NCBI GenBank assembly: GCA_965235115.1
Contig: OZ249453.1
Location: 7,192,001-7,256,000 of the forward strand
DNA length: 64,000 nucleotides
Reading direction: 5' to 3'
DNA from: Laetmonice hystrix
Lineage: Eukaryota
Both the position numbers and the translations under genes were made by a program. Positions 1-12,829 of this stretch are shown here, one piece after another (the stretch's first letter is position 1; the number at the start of each line of letters is the position of its first letter). The notes beneath the pieces were generated by a model. The model saw only the letters and a program-made list of their open reading frames with translations. It searched no databases and was not told the origin of the DNA.

Positions 1-90
1 TTACAGTCTTGGAGGTCTCAGGCCGTTATGGCTGGAGAGAGATGCCCTCTGGCGGGGAAATACCAACATTGGCCCTCTCGATGACGTCAG

Positions 91-228
91 AGGCCTGTCT
101 TACTGAGGTCTGGTTAACGATATCGTTAACTTTAATAGGATAGGATATGAGTCTCTGGTTAATAACGATACGATTAACATTTAAATTTAACGATATCGTT
201 AATAACCAGACCTTAGTAAAACAGACCC
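91..228. mobile_element. Short palindromic MITE, PIF/Harbinger-like (CWG TSD)
   Basis: Left end AGGCCTGTCTTACTGAGGTCTGGTT..AACGATATCGTTAA matches the reverse complement of the right end (GGGTCTGTTTTACTAAGGTCTGGTTATTAACGATATCGTTAA). CAG lies immediately on both sides (88-90, 229-231). Confidence 0.7.
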
Positions 229-780
229 CAGGGCAGGGCTCCTGACGCGTGGTATTTTCAGGACGACGCAGTGGTCTTAAATCAGGCTCGAGAATTGGAA
301 ACAAGGTTTATGGAGGCCTAGTTTTCCTCTTGGGACAGCAGGGCAAACGATAGATTATTCTCGTGTTCCCGGATCGGCAAAGGTTTTACTGGATGAAAAT
401 TTACTAGATGCCGTTTTACTGGTCCGAGGAGAGACGGTGTCACACAAAACACCGCCTGTGAACCAAACTAAAGCCTCTGTTGGTCTACCGGCAATTCATA
501 ATCAGTTTTCTCTTAAACTAAATAACATAACAGTGTTCCATAAAAAGTAGTCGTTCTTGATCTCAGTTTAAGTCCATACTATAATTTCTAGTAGAAAATT
601 TATGGCCTTGTAACCGTTCTGTCAATACGTTCTCGAGTTGTAACGGGTCTGTCAATACGTTCACGAGTTTGATGTACTGACACACCGTCGAATGTTGGTG
701 TACATTTACTCGGATTCACCGGAGTGTTTTGCCCTTTTCATTCTGCTCGGTTGCGTCCCCATGGTGATATACCATGAATT

Positions 781-1268
781 TATGGGCGTGGGAGCAAGGA
801 TGTGCATGGGGAGACTGAGATTATGGGCATGGGTTAGGAGCAGGGCTGGGCAGGGGGAGGCTGAGATTATGGGCATGGGTTAGCAGCAAGGCTGTGTATG
901 GGGAGACTGAGATTATGGGCATGGGTTAGGAGCAGGGTGTTTATGGGGAGACTGAGATTATGGGCATGGGTTAGGAGCAGGGTGTTTATGGGGAGACTGG
1001 GATTATGGGCATGGGTTAGCAGCAAGTCTGTGCATGGGGGGACCGAGATTATGGGCATGGGTTAGCAGCAGGGTTGTGTATGGGGAGACTGAGATTATGG
1101 GCATGGGTTAGCAGCAGGCCTGTGTATGGGGAGACTGAGATTATGGGCATGGGTTAGCAGCAGGCCTGTGTATGGGGAGACTGAGATTATGGGCATGGGT
1201 TAGCAGCAGGCCTGTGTATGGGGAGACTGAGATTATGGGTATGGTTTAGAAGCTGTAGGAAGACTGAG
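781..1268 (+). repeat. G-rich minisatellite, ~46-bp unit, ~10 copies
   Basis: Unit GAGACTGAGATTATGGGCATGGGTTAGCAGCAGGCCTGTGTATGGG; for example, copies start at 1085 and 1131. Confidence 0.95.
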
Positions 1269-3911
1269 ATGAAAATAGTGATAGGCCTAGTGCCTACATC
1301 TTTTATAGTTGTTATCACACAGCTACATGCTCACTTTAACTTGTAGAACTAATGTAGCATTCATCGACTCCCTGTGAAAACAGTTCCTGCAACAACAAAC
1401 GGCATAAAATAAATGGAGCATTTTATTAATCGTGACGTATGGCCTCATTTCAAAGCCCTTATACAATTAATATGGTAATTTGTAACGTGAACAATATACT
1501 TTTGTTTCGAGAAATCAACGAAGTGTACCATGGAGGAAAATATACGACCTATAAAAACAGCAGGATATAAATTTGGGGGCCACGTTTGGCAATCGGGCAT
1601 CCATGACGTTTCCAAGCCGATGGAAGATCAAATTTAAATATGTATTAATAATCCACCGCTGCTTCCATCCGAGTGTGAGCGATGATCAAATCTCGGCGAG
1701 ATATCGCGCGGTGGCTGCTGGGATACTAGCGTTGCCGTCAGTTGGATCGACGGAGGTTTAGTGTTGTCGTAAAGTGACTTCGAAAGTCTTGCATTTATTG
1801 GTTAACCAGTGGTGAAATCACTGAAAGCCACGAAAAATATCTCTATAATTATAATTGTGAACAAAAGTATTTTCTTCCCCTTACAGATTTACAACTTAAG
1901 ATGCACGGAAAATAATACTAGATTGTGTCGTATCTTTTTATTTTTCTAAGAAGCGCACAAGGGTTGGAATACTTCTTTGGAATGTAAAAGGAATCTGTCA
2001 GGCACTGAGTTGGAAATCAGCTAACATTTAAATTTTATATTAGCCTACGTATATCCCGACCGGATTATGCATACATGTATAAGGCTGCCTAACTCCTGTC
2101 GTATTGCTTGTCACTTCTGATTTCATGTTCTGGAGATTAATATGTAAACGTATATAACAGGATGACAATATAAGCCTTTTTAAAGAACGAATACTGGCAT
2201 GGTGTAACAAGATTTAGCATTGAGGGATTACGGTAAGCAACGTACTCGATAATTATCGAAAGAAACTAAAAGCTCGATTATTCACTGTATGCGGCATGAC
2301 CACTTTGCCGTGCCGGAAACTATTTCTAATTTCGTTTTCTACCGAGACCGTAGAACTTGGATTCTCTGAAAAAAGGGTAAGACATGTATACACTCAGAGT
2401 TGCCAACTCTGCATTATTAACTACATGCGTCCCTGGTGTTTGCATTTTTGTGAAACAGTCTTGTCATACACTCTGGCCGCAGGGGCTTGCTGGTGTAATC
2501 CGTATTTCCTGCTTAAGAGTACATGAAATGTGTGTGTAGTCATTCACGTTACGTCAATATCAGTGTAGGCTTCATAGGCGGGATTACAAGACAGCGAGCC
2601 GGGATGATCTTTGGGAACAAGGCTGCTGCTGGGGTATGCCTACATTTTCAATTTTTACATAAGAATTGGATTGGAAACGTACAAATATCCTCTTCCACAA
2701 GGTATTCAGTATTTTCAATGTTTCCAAGCATCAAAAGATGAACCCGTTCAAATATCACAGTCTCCAAACATTACAAGCACGTGACCGGAAGGGAAGTGTG
2801 ATCTGGCGTGACACGAGTACGGACGAACTCGCAATCATTACTAACGACATTTGAGAGTTGCGATCGCATCCTACCTTTGACCTTATTTAGAGTGAAAGAA
2901 AACAGTGCACGTGCTGTCAGTTCACGATCGAATATGGCTGATGAAGTATCACTCTAAACCTGATAATATCTTGTACGTTGTTAGCAACAAATAACACTGA
3001 GATTCAAGTAAGAAAGATCAAGATTAATGGATTGTACCTTTAAAAGCTCACGTTTGAAACTGGCCCAAAGTTATCCATCGTGATACTGCATCATTTATTC
3101 CAAATCTCGGTCTGCCCAGCTATATCAGTCGGCTCGGTCTGTATTTGTGTAGGCAGCCTGCATCCCTGATCTTACACTCTCTCAACCCCTGAGGTAATGA
3201 TCGTATAGGGACTAGTAGGTGACGGGTTCCGGGAATCGAACCAGCTAAGCTGTAAGCTCTAATCGATTCGAAGAAGATATCGTAAATCCTAGAGCGGAGA
3301 GCCCAGCATGAACAAAACTAACTTAGGAAGAACTGGAGAGGAACAGGCTGGACATATGCCAGACACATACCTCCCCTGGCGTATTTCTATCCACGGTGAG
3401 CATTTAAAAACTAACCAAAAAATATATAGTCATACAGTTAGTGTTAGCCAAATCATGGACCGTCGTACTTCGGTTCCTTGCGATACGTTCGCAATACTGA
3501 AACTGACAGTGCTGGCCCCCCCCCATAAATTTCATTGAACTGGAACACCGAAAGAAGCCATATCTACAGAAAGCAATTGAGAGACGAGACAGAAGATGAA
3601 TTCCGAGGAATTTACTTGACGGGGTATGGAAGAGGCAGGCCTGCTTACTATACCCACACAATGCACGTATAACGCGCGTGTTTAGCGTGTCGGCTGCCTC
3701 TTCCAAACGCAGCTGCCAAGGAGCAAACAAGGAGGGGGCTCGTCATAGACAGCTGATAGGACCTGCTGCTGGAACCGCTTTACTTTGCTGACAATCCCAT
3801 AAGGCAAGCAAAAAACACATTTTGTTAAACGTCTCAGTGCGTGACACTTCAGTCCAATCACTTCTCTTCTTCTTTTTCTATAACTGAGGCGGCAGATATC
3901 ACTTTGACACG

Positions 3912-4250
3912 TTTTGGGGGAGGTCTGGGGATTGGGTTAGGGATACGGTTTGGGGGGAGGTCTGGGGATTGGGTTAGGGATACGGTTTGGGGGGAGGTCT
4001 GGGGATTGGGTTAGGGATACGGTTTGGGGGAGGTCTGGGGCTAGGGTTAGGGATACGGTTTGGGGGAGGTCTGGGGATTGGGTTAGGGATACGGCTGGGG
4101 GAGGTCTGGGGCTTGGGTTAGGGATACGGTTTGGGGGAGGTTTGGGGGAGGTCTGGGCCTAGGGTTAGGGATACGGTTTGGGGCTCGAGTTAGGGGCAGG
4201 GCTAGAGATACGTTTTGGGGGAGGTCTGGTGATAGGGTTAGGGGCGGGGT
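3912..4250 (+). repeat. G-rich minisatellite, ~36-37-bp unit containing GGGTTAGGG
   Basis: Unit TTTGGGGGAGGTCTGGGGATTGGGTTAGGGATACGG, repeated about 8 times and decaying to the right. Confidence 0.9.
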
Positions 4251-5019
4251 TAAGGCTAGATATACGTTGTGATTATTGAGGGGGGGGGGTAGATTTGGGG
4301 TTAGGAAGATTGGAATATTTTAGGTCTTACCACTAATTTCATAGATAGGGTTTGTTTGAGATATGCCAAGTAAACAACCTTGTTAATGTTAACGTTTTGT
4401 AGATGGTAGATCTGTTATCAAAGTCGTTTTCTGAAGAGAGATTGCAGAATTAGGAAATCTAAAGACTACATGGAAGCAGACCGTAATTAAGGGTTCTTCT
4501 TTAACCGAAGCAGACGACATCAAATACGACTCTTGTCCCTTGGTGTTCGCATCATTCGTGAAGACCACATCGTATCGTCGCAGGACATCACACAATGCGT
4601 TGTTTTTGGTGGCCTAACTTTCATTGGCGACTCTTCTCGGAACGTGCCCGAGGTAAGCCGTGCAGCACGAGAGGGTTCGGATTCCGTCTGCACTCGGCTT
4701 TTAGAGTGCTACCCGGCCGAACATCTTCCACGGAAAGAAGGATAGATGTCCTTCCACGAACCAGACCTTGAGCACGCGCCTATTCGGCGAATTTCTTTAT
4801 ATGCCTTGACATTTTTCTCATAACACTCACGTAGCTAAAGAGGAATATGATACCCGGAAATTCCGGCGCCCTGACACACAGTTTGAGTTTCGAGATAGCT
4901 GGTAATAAATGGCGAATCACGTAACGGTAAACAATTATTTCGGGTACGTTGGTTATTGAAGAAATGAGTCATTTCAGCAGACGATCGTCAAGGAAACACC
5001 TTCTTGATAATAAAAGAAG

Positions 5020-5296
5020 GAGGAAGGAGAAGGAAAAGGCAAATGGAAAACTAATACATGACCAAAGGCCAGAGAGAAACCGTGAAGAAGAAAATAAACA
5101 GACGAAGAAAAAGAGGAAGAAGATGATGATAAAGAAGAAGAAGAAGAAGAAGAAGAAGAAGAAGAAGATGATGATGAAGAAGAGGAAGATCAAGAAGATA
5201 AAGAGGAAGAGGAAGAAGAAGGAAAAGACAAATAGAAAACCAATACATGACCAAAAGCCAGAGAAACCCCGAGAAGAAAATAAGCAGACGAAGCAG
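5020..5296 (+). repeat. (GAA)n-rich low-complexity tract with a duplicated ~70-bp motif, running into a gap
   Basis: GAAGAAGAA run at about 5130-5170. AAAT(G/A)GAAAAC..ATACATGACCAAA occurs at about 5041 and about 5231. Confidence 0.85.
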
Positions 5297-5498
5297 NNNN
5301 NNNNNNNNNNNNNNNNNNNNNNNNNNNNNNNNNNNNNNNNNNNNNNNNNNNNNNNNNNNNNNNNNNNNNNNNNNNNNNNNNNNNNNNNNNNNNNNNNNNN
5401 NNNNNNNNNNNNNNNNNNNNNNNNNNNNNNNNNNNNNNNNNNNNNNNNNNNNNNNNNNNNNNNNNNNNNNNNNNNNNNNNNNNNNNNNNNNNNNNNNN
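5297..5498. other. Assembly gap (N)
   Basis: Run of N. Confidence 1.
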
Positions 5499-8400
5499 CA
5501 TGTATTATTTGTGATTTAGTTGCATACAGGAAACTGACCATGATGCATTATTAGGTATATCACCCCAGCTTGCGAATCACGATCGAGAGTGTTTGCGGGA
5601 TGTCTCACCCGTATAGTGTTGTCGACTGGCCGAGTCGTCGATAGAACAGAATTGTCCCGTAGAAATCGTACGGTACGCCCGTCGTCTCTTGTGTATCTTG
5701 ATTTTTTAAAAGATTCGTTTTCGTTTCCTCTCCGTCGTTTTATTTTTACCCTGACAGTCTTACTGAAGTCAATATGTCCACTTTCACTGCCGAGATAGAT
5801 ATTCACTTAACCAGGCTCCGGCTGGTCGTCAATTCCCGTCCATCTCCCTCTCGGTGACATTTATGGGTGCCGTTTTTTCGTCGTTTAATGCATCATCTGA
5901 GAGCCTTCTAACACGAAACCATTTCTTCCACCTCCCGTCGTATGTCATGAATGTATATGCTCCATGTCAGACTCCTGCTAGGTTCTTTGAGTTCAGCTGA
6001 GATGACATCAGTGAATGTTGGTAATTTTTACGCCGTGTCGACAGCTAAGGCAATCTTCATGGCGAAAACATGTTGAACCTATAAAAGGGACTTATCCCGA
6101 GTCAGTAGGAGGCAGGCACATCGGATAGGTTGATGATATCGTTTGGGTTCTCACAGCATCAGGCGCAAGAAGAATGCGTTATAGACACATTATGGCGCTT
6201 GCTCCACTATACGCCAGCAAAATGAGTTCTTCAATATCTACTCTCAGCCAGGCCAGCCTCTCATCCTAACCAATGAATGTACTTGTAATGCCTTCCATTA
6301 AAATGGGGATTTCACGCGAAACACGGAATGGAAAGTCGGCTAAAATACATTGATCCAAAGCGTTGATGTGCTGCGGTGCCACATTGGCATTCCCTTTTAC
6401 AGGATATTCCTCGCGGAAGGCGAGGCACGAGAAGAGATTCAATACGAGTGGAGAGGGAAGGGGAGATATTATTTTTACGGTTTCTAATGTTGATACTTTT
6501 TTTAGACGTGTAAATTCCTACGTCTCCATAATTCGCCAACCCTCATCCCGTTCGTCGCCTTTTACAGAGATACCCAACGGGGAGAAGCTGGGGTCTATTC
6601 ATACATTTTACACATATATAAGGAGGTTCACTATAAATAAGTTCAACTGTCAGCAGAAATTCATGCGACGTAAAACGTAACAATCCGGAATGGGACTAAC
6701 TTGAATGTTACTTATTCACAAAGCGAAAAACAGCAGAATCGGTATAGAAAATAAATCACTCCAAGTTTGTGCATTCAAAACGTCATGATTGAAGCCCCTG
6801 GTCCAGAGACGGTGGCCAAACGAACTGACCTTGTGAAGGTCATGGTGTGCTGCCCTAACAGTCACCCTCGGGTGGTGAGGTGGAGTTGGCTGGCATGAAA
6901 CGGGGATTAATAGTTATTCCGGTGACTGCCCCTCTCCACCTGATGAAGTATTCATCCTGTATCCAGGTCGCAACGGTCAGGCGTGGCATACATACTGCGC
7001 ATGCGCGTCACTAGGATTGCTACGCATGCGCATGCTCTATGATATCATCCTTCCGGTGCGGACAGGCGATTGTCCTGTGGCTCATTGTCATGGCAGATCA
7101 AAACCAATGTTCACTAACCGAAAATAAATGATGAATCGAATTCAGTGGTAAATCATCAAGCCATCTGCTTCACCTCCCCAGCGAGGAAACCCACCCACCG
7201 ATTCAAATAATGACAGCTCCATTGGCATTATAAAGGCGGCCCTCAGTCGCCTCCTAGTATCCTCCCTTGGTCACCACAACTATTATACTCCCCATGGTAA
7301 AATCCCATAAAATTTGTGGTAAGGTTTGGGTGTGTGGGGCAGGGGTTGATATAGGGCAAATATTTGGAGGAGGACAAGGATTAGGGGTTGGGATTAAGTC
7401 GGGGATGGAAATATGGAAATAGTGACAAATGTGTACGTCTCTCCGCCATATTTCATGGAGTTAGTGTCATGAACGATGTACCCTAACAGCGCCCTCACTC
7501 GATCAATGAGCTTGTCCGATTCGCCTGCTTGGTGTTAACCTAGTTTTTTAAACCGCCTGTCACTATATCGTTAAAAAATCTGCGGAAAAAGGGACATTAT
7601 GTATACACGAAGTTGGTCGTGTGAGCCAACCAAAGAAGAAGGATTAGCAAGCACTTTCTAAAAGATCCGTGGGAATGCACAATTGAGATGGAAATGATGA
7701 ATTGTACTCTGCGGTGACGTCCATTGGCCTGTACCAAACAACTGCATGCGTGTGTAAGTACCATGCAAGATTTCAAGTTGTGTGACCATCAATGTTATTA
7801 CGAGATCATGTTATTATTCCGGAGATTGAGGCAAACTCTAGCCATAACCTCGCATGTGTAATTGGTTCCAGATCTTCATCATTATTCTGGCACTGTCCGC
7901 TGCCTTGATCTGTCGCCATCCGGCTTAGTGGGCTTACATTACCATTCCTGTCCGCCCTGCCCTCCAAAACGTTACATTTACACAGAGAATACCTAATACA
8001 TCGCTTTGATAAAAGCTTCATGAAATGAGAAAACAGCAATGATATTACACCGCCAGCCACTCGCCTTTATAAGAAGCTGATGTGCATCAAAACAATGCTT
8101 TCTTTTGTTCCTCAAACGTCGTAGGTAAAGACTTCGTTGCGAGTTCAAACCTTGAAGTAGCTATTTGAAGTGAGGAACAGGACGCTGTTCCGGACCACGT
8201 GTTATGACTCGATAATTCGTAAATCAAATCAAATCGTACCGCTATACAGGGTGAGTAAAAAAAACTATACACTCAAAAATAGGGTAAGGAATCAGAGATT
8301 TGGCAAAATCAGGACAATGTAGTAATTAGTACAGAAGGAGTTATTCTTGTGCTTCAATTTTGTGGTTGATTCCCTAAGATGCGACTAAAAATAAAGAAAA

Positions 8401-9588
8401 AAATGCAATTTTTCAAAAACCCCTAACATACCACTTGCGTCAAGTGAGATACAGTCTTTTCAATTCAAACAAAGCATGATGGAAGCAATGAAAAGCAATC
8501 AAATGGGTCATTGTCATGGCTGTGGTCATGGATGGCATAATCAATTTATTAATTAGTATACAAAATAAGAGTTCTGTAAGTGGTATATAAAATTAGAGTA
8601 GGAGCCATCTTGGAGCCATCCAAAATGGAAGCCAACTTGTAACAAACTTGCAGTGTTTATGCCTCAGAATTCCCAATTTATTAGACTACTTACAGAACTG
8701 CTACTACTATTGTAGTTGAGTCAATTCTGGTCTTGGCTGACGGATGTTCGTTGAAACGTGCATGCATTGTTAATGAACCACAAGTTCTCCATCTCACCTC
8801 ACCGACACCTTCTAGTCCTTGTGGTGGATCATTTCTTGTCTGGACAGTCCAAGGGGGCAGATCAAACAATTATTTTTATCTTCCTAATCTCCGGACAAAT
8901 CAATGAAAACGTATCCCTGATACGAAACATTACACAAAATAAAACAATCTGTCTTCGTGGTTTTAATCAATATGGTTCTATAAAAGACAAACTACCAATA
9001 CGAAAGAAAGAAGAGTTGGACATCTCACCATGTATGGTTAAGTTCCAATCAGAGCTACAGTCTCGACAGTGTCACAGGGGACACACGTGTCCTGGCCCTG
9101 TTACCCGCCAGTTAAGTCATCCCAGTGTTAAGGAAGACTGATGCTGTCCCTGTAGTTCTTGGATGGATCTCCATCCAACCTGACACGCAGTAAATTCAAG
9201 GCAATTCCAGAACCGCCCCTCTGTTACAAACCAGGATGTTCATCATCGCTAAATCGATTGAAGTTTATACTTTGACAGACCGGTAATGTAATGCAGACTA
9301 ACTGACCGACAGGCTGCCTCACCCACTGATGTCAAATGAGGTATAAGACCATAAGGACACAGACAGCCTAGGTCTATACATCAAACCGACAATAGATGAA
9401 AGATTGAATGGAGTCCACTACTAGAAATGTAATGTATAGTTCCTGTATCTATTCAGTTGCTATGGGTTGGAACGTCATCTCGACCGCTATAGGGATTCCC
9501 TTTTCTGCACTTGTTTAAAAATACCTCAAAGGTGAAAGAGAGGGGGAGTTAAAGGGGAGCTATCCACTTCAGATATGTGAAGTCTTTC

Positions 9589-10690
9589 CTGGTACCTTGT
9601 GGACCCTATTGGAGGAGTAGTCCCCTCCTGGTACCTTGTGGACCCCTATTGGAGTAGTCCCCTCCTGGTACCTTGTGGACCCTATTGGAGTAGTAGTCCC
9701 CTCCTGGTACCTTGTGGACCCCTATTGGAGGAGTAGTCCCCTCCTGGTACCTTGTGGACCCTATTGGAGTAGTCCCCTCCTGGTACCTTGTAGACCCTAT
9801 TGGAGTAGTCCCCTCCTGGTACCTTGTAGACCCTATTGGAGGAGTAGTCCCCTCCTGGTACCTTGTGGACCCCTATTGGAGGAGTAGTCCCCTCCTGGTA
9901 CCTTGTGGACCCTATTGGAGGAGGAGTCCCCTCCTGGTACCTTGTGGACCCTATTGGAGGAGGAGTCCCCTCCTGGTACCTTGTGGACCCTATTGGAGTA
10001 GTCCCCTCCTGGTACCTTGTGGACCCCTGGAGTAGTCCCCTCCTGGTACCTTGTGGACCCTATTGGAGGAGGAGTCCCCTCCTAGTACCTTGTGGACCCT
10101 ATTGGAGGAGTAGTCCCCTCCTGGTACCTTGTGGACCCTATTGGAGTAGGAGTCCCCTCCTGGTACCTTGTGGACCCTATTGGAGGAGGAGTCCCCTCCT
10201 GGTATCGTGTGGACCCCTATTGGAGTAGTCCCCTCCTGGTACCTTGTGGACCCTATTGGAGGAGGAGTCCCCTCCTGGTACCTTGTGGACCCTATTGGAG
10301 GAGGAGTCCCCTCCTGGTATCTTGTGGACCCCTATTGGAGTAGTCCCCTCCTGGTATCTTGTGAACACCTGTTGGAGTAGCCCCCTCCTGGGCCCGGTTT
10401 CAGAAAGGTTAGCATGATCTTAACTTAAGCTCTGCTTAGCCTTTTAGGACCCCTGATTGGCTGGTTGAAGCTAAGCAGCAGATGACCAGCCAATCAGGGG
10501 CCCTAAAAGGCTAAGCAGAGCTTAAGTTAAGATCATGCTAACCTTTATGAAACCGGGCCCGGGTATCTTGTGGACCCCTATTGGAGTCGTCCCCTCCTGG
10601 TATCTTGTATCCCCCTGGAGTAGCCTCCCGTATCGTGTGGACCCTATTGGAGTAGCCCCCTCCTGGTATCTTGTGGACCCTATTGGAGAG
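9589..10690 (+). repeat. Minisatellite, 36-40-bp unit, ~24 copies, interrupted by a MITE
   Basis: Unit CCTGGTACCTTGTGGACCCTATTGGAG(GAG)TAGTCCCCT. The array resumes after 10562 with more diverged copies. Confidence 0.95.
10391..10559. mobile_element. Palindromic MITE (169 bp), Harbinger-like termini GGCCCGGTTTC
   Basis: Inverted arms of about 74 bp with 2 mismatches. Flanks are CTG and CGG, read as a CTG TSD with one change. It is inserted at CCTCCTG^GTATC of the minisatellite. Confidence 0.8.
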
Positions 10691-11326
10691 TACCCCCTTG
10701 AGACAACAACGAGAGAGGAAGACAGATCAAGGTTTAGAGAACTAATAATTCCGCTATCCATATAATCAGTTTCAACTTATAGTTTGTTCTTCGACAGCCA
10801 CGAATGTCTGTAGTACTTTGTAGGATTAGCCGTGACAGAGAGACGGGTTATGAATATCTAGGGAAAAACAATCAACAATTGTATTCTCAGGGGGGCGTCA
10901 CATCTGCTGCATATTCGTACCTATCATATATACTTCATTAGTATAGAATTTTGGGGTTCGTTTAGTAATGACGGATTAATTAACGAATTCTATAAGAGAT
11001 GAACGTCCATATGTCATTTCTAATTTAGAAAGTGTTTTTTAAAGTGTTTTTTTGTTTTGAGTTTATATTATAATCTGCTTATTTTTGCTGATAGCTGTCT
11101 TGCGCCCTTAGTGCTACCATCTGTGCGTAGGAATGATGACAGTATAATTACTTCCTAGAATAACCGCCACACCTTTCCTGGTAGCTTAATAACCAGACTG
11201 TCATTGTGAAGCCTTTATCTTGTGAGATTGAATTCCATTTAATTAAAAAAAAACACTGTTTGCCTTTCCCCCTGGAATGAATCGCGTTATTTTGCGGGAC
11301 GTGTTAATTTGGTCGGCGTAGGAACA

Positions 11327-11455
11327 AAACACGCCAGAAGTGACAGCCTGTGGGTATCGTGCACATGTGTGTGCCACCCTCCCAGTGGTAACAAAACACA
11401 CCAGAAGTGACAGCCTGTGGGTATCGTGCACATGTGTGTGCCGCCCTCCCAGTGG
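11327..11455 (+). repeat. Tandem duplication, ~67 bp x2
   Basis: AAAACAC(G/A)CCAGAAGTGACAGCCTGTGGGTATCGTGCACATGTGTGTGCC.CCCTCCCAGTGG occurs twice. Confidence 0.85.
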
Positions 11456-11822
11456 ATAACCCATGGTAACATGAATGTTTGAAGGAAAGAAAAAAAAAAT
11501 CCAAGGTCTGAAAATAACTCTACATCCTCTGTGTAATCCTAAAACCTGCCAGAAAGCGTAGTCCTATCCCTAGTCCTACTCCTAACTCATACACTGCCGA
11601 AAGTTATAATGGAATGATTCCTATCTGGAACATAAATCCAGTGTAACTCGGGCATACCAGATAAGAGAAGTCAGGTATTTCACACCCTAATGCATTTTAA
11701 TACTGCGACATTGTGCATTTACAGAGCATAAATCAGGTGTCGCTCGGGTCATTGGAGAAGGGGTTTACACCCCATTGCATTCTTATAATGCGGCATTAAA
11801 CAGTTGCAGATAGTTCTGCATG

Positions 11823-12829
11823 TGAGAGCCGTAAAAGTGTCACTTATGTACCCTCTCGTATCGTTACCATTGCTTTCAGGGGGGGGGGGTGTACTGTATG
11901 GAAGAGCCGTAAAAGTGTCACTTATGTACCCTCTCGTATCGTTACCCTTGCTTTCAGGGGGGGTGTACTGTATGGAAGAGCCGTAAAAGTGTCACTTATG
12001 TACCCTAGACAATCGTATCGTTGCCATTGCTTTCAGGGGGAGGGTGTACTGTATGGAAGAGCCGTAAAAGTGTCACTTATGTACCCTAGACAATCGTATC
12101 GTTACCATTGCTTTCAGGGGGGGTGTACTGTATGGAAGAGCCGTAAAAGTGTCACTTATGTACCCTAGACATTCGTATCGTTGCCATTGCTTTCAGGGGT
12201 GTGTGTACTGTATGGAAGAGCCGTAAAAGTGTCACTCATGTACCCTAGACAATCGTATCGTTACCATTGCTTTCAGGGGGGATGTACTGTATGGAAGAGC
12301 CGTAAAAGTGTCGCTTATGTACCCCAGACAATCGTATCGTTACCATTGCTTTCATGGGGGGGGGGGGTGTACTGTATGGAAGAGCCATAAAAGTGTCACT
12401 TATGTACCCTATACAATCGTGTCGTTACCATTGCTTTCAGGGGGGTGTACTGTATGGAAGAGCCGTACAAGTGTCACTCATGTACCCTAGACAACCGTAT
12501 CGTTACCATTGCTTTCAGGGGGGGGGGGGTGTACTGTATGGAAGAGCCGTAAAAGTGTCACTTATGTACCCTCTCGTATCGTTACCATTGCTTTCAGGGG
12601 GGGTGTACTGTATGGAAGAGCCGTAAAAGTGTCACTTATGTACCCTAGACAATCGTATCGTTGCCATTGCTTTCAGGGGGAGGGTGTACTGTATGGAAGA
12701 GCCGTAAAAGTGTCACTTATGTACCCTAGACAATCGTATCGTTACCATTGCTTTCATGGGAGGGGGGGAGGGTACTGTATGGAAGAGCCGTAAAAGTGTC
12801 ACTTATGTACCCTAGACAATCGTGCTTTC
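11823..12829 (+). repeat. Minisatellite, ~75-84-bp unit, ~13 copies with a variable poly-G
   Basis: Unit GTGTACTGTATGGAAGAGCCGTAAAAGTGTCACTTATGTACCCTAGACAATCGTATCGTTACCATTGCTTTCA(G)n. Confidence 0.95.

Noticed and set aside
4949-5554. Lys/Glu-rich 201-aa ORF
   Set aside because: It is a translation of a GAA microsatellite running through an N-gap.
4389-6540. Decayed coding-like fragments on the minus strand (e.g. LCDVLRRYDVVF, DFPFRVSREIPIL)
   Set aside because: They are interrupted by stops and contain no family motif I can recognise; BLASTX is needed.
6945-6990. Hammerhead ribozyme (CTGATGA core)
   Set aside because: There is no correctly paired stem II and no GAAA. The other CTGATGA/CTGACGA hits checked also lack the core.
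8244-8480. Tc1/mariner end (TA|CAGGGTG)
   Set aside because: No matching opposite TIR was found.
9589-12829. CRISPR-like arrays or repeat proteins in the minisatellites
   Set aside because: There are no unique spacers and no cas genes, the context is eukaryotic, and unit lengths vary by non-multiples of three.
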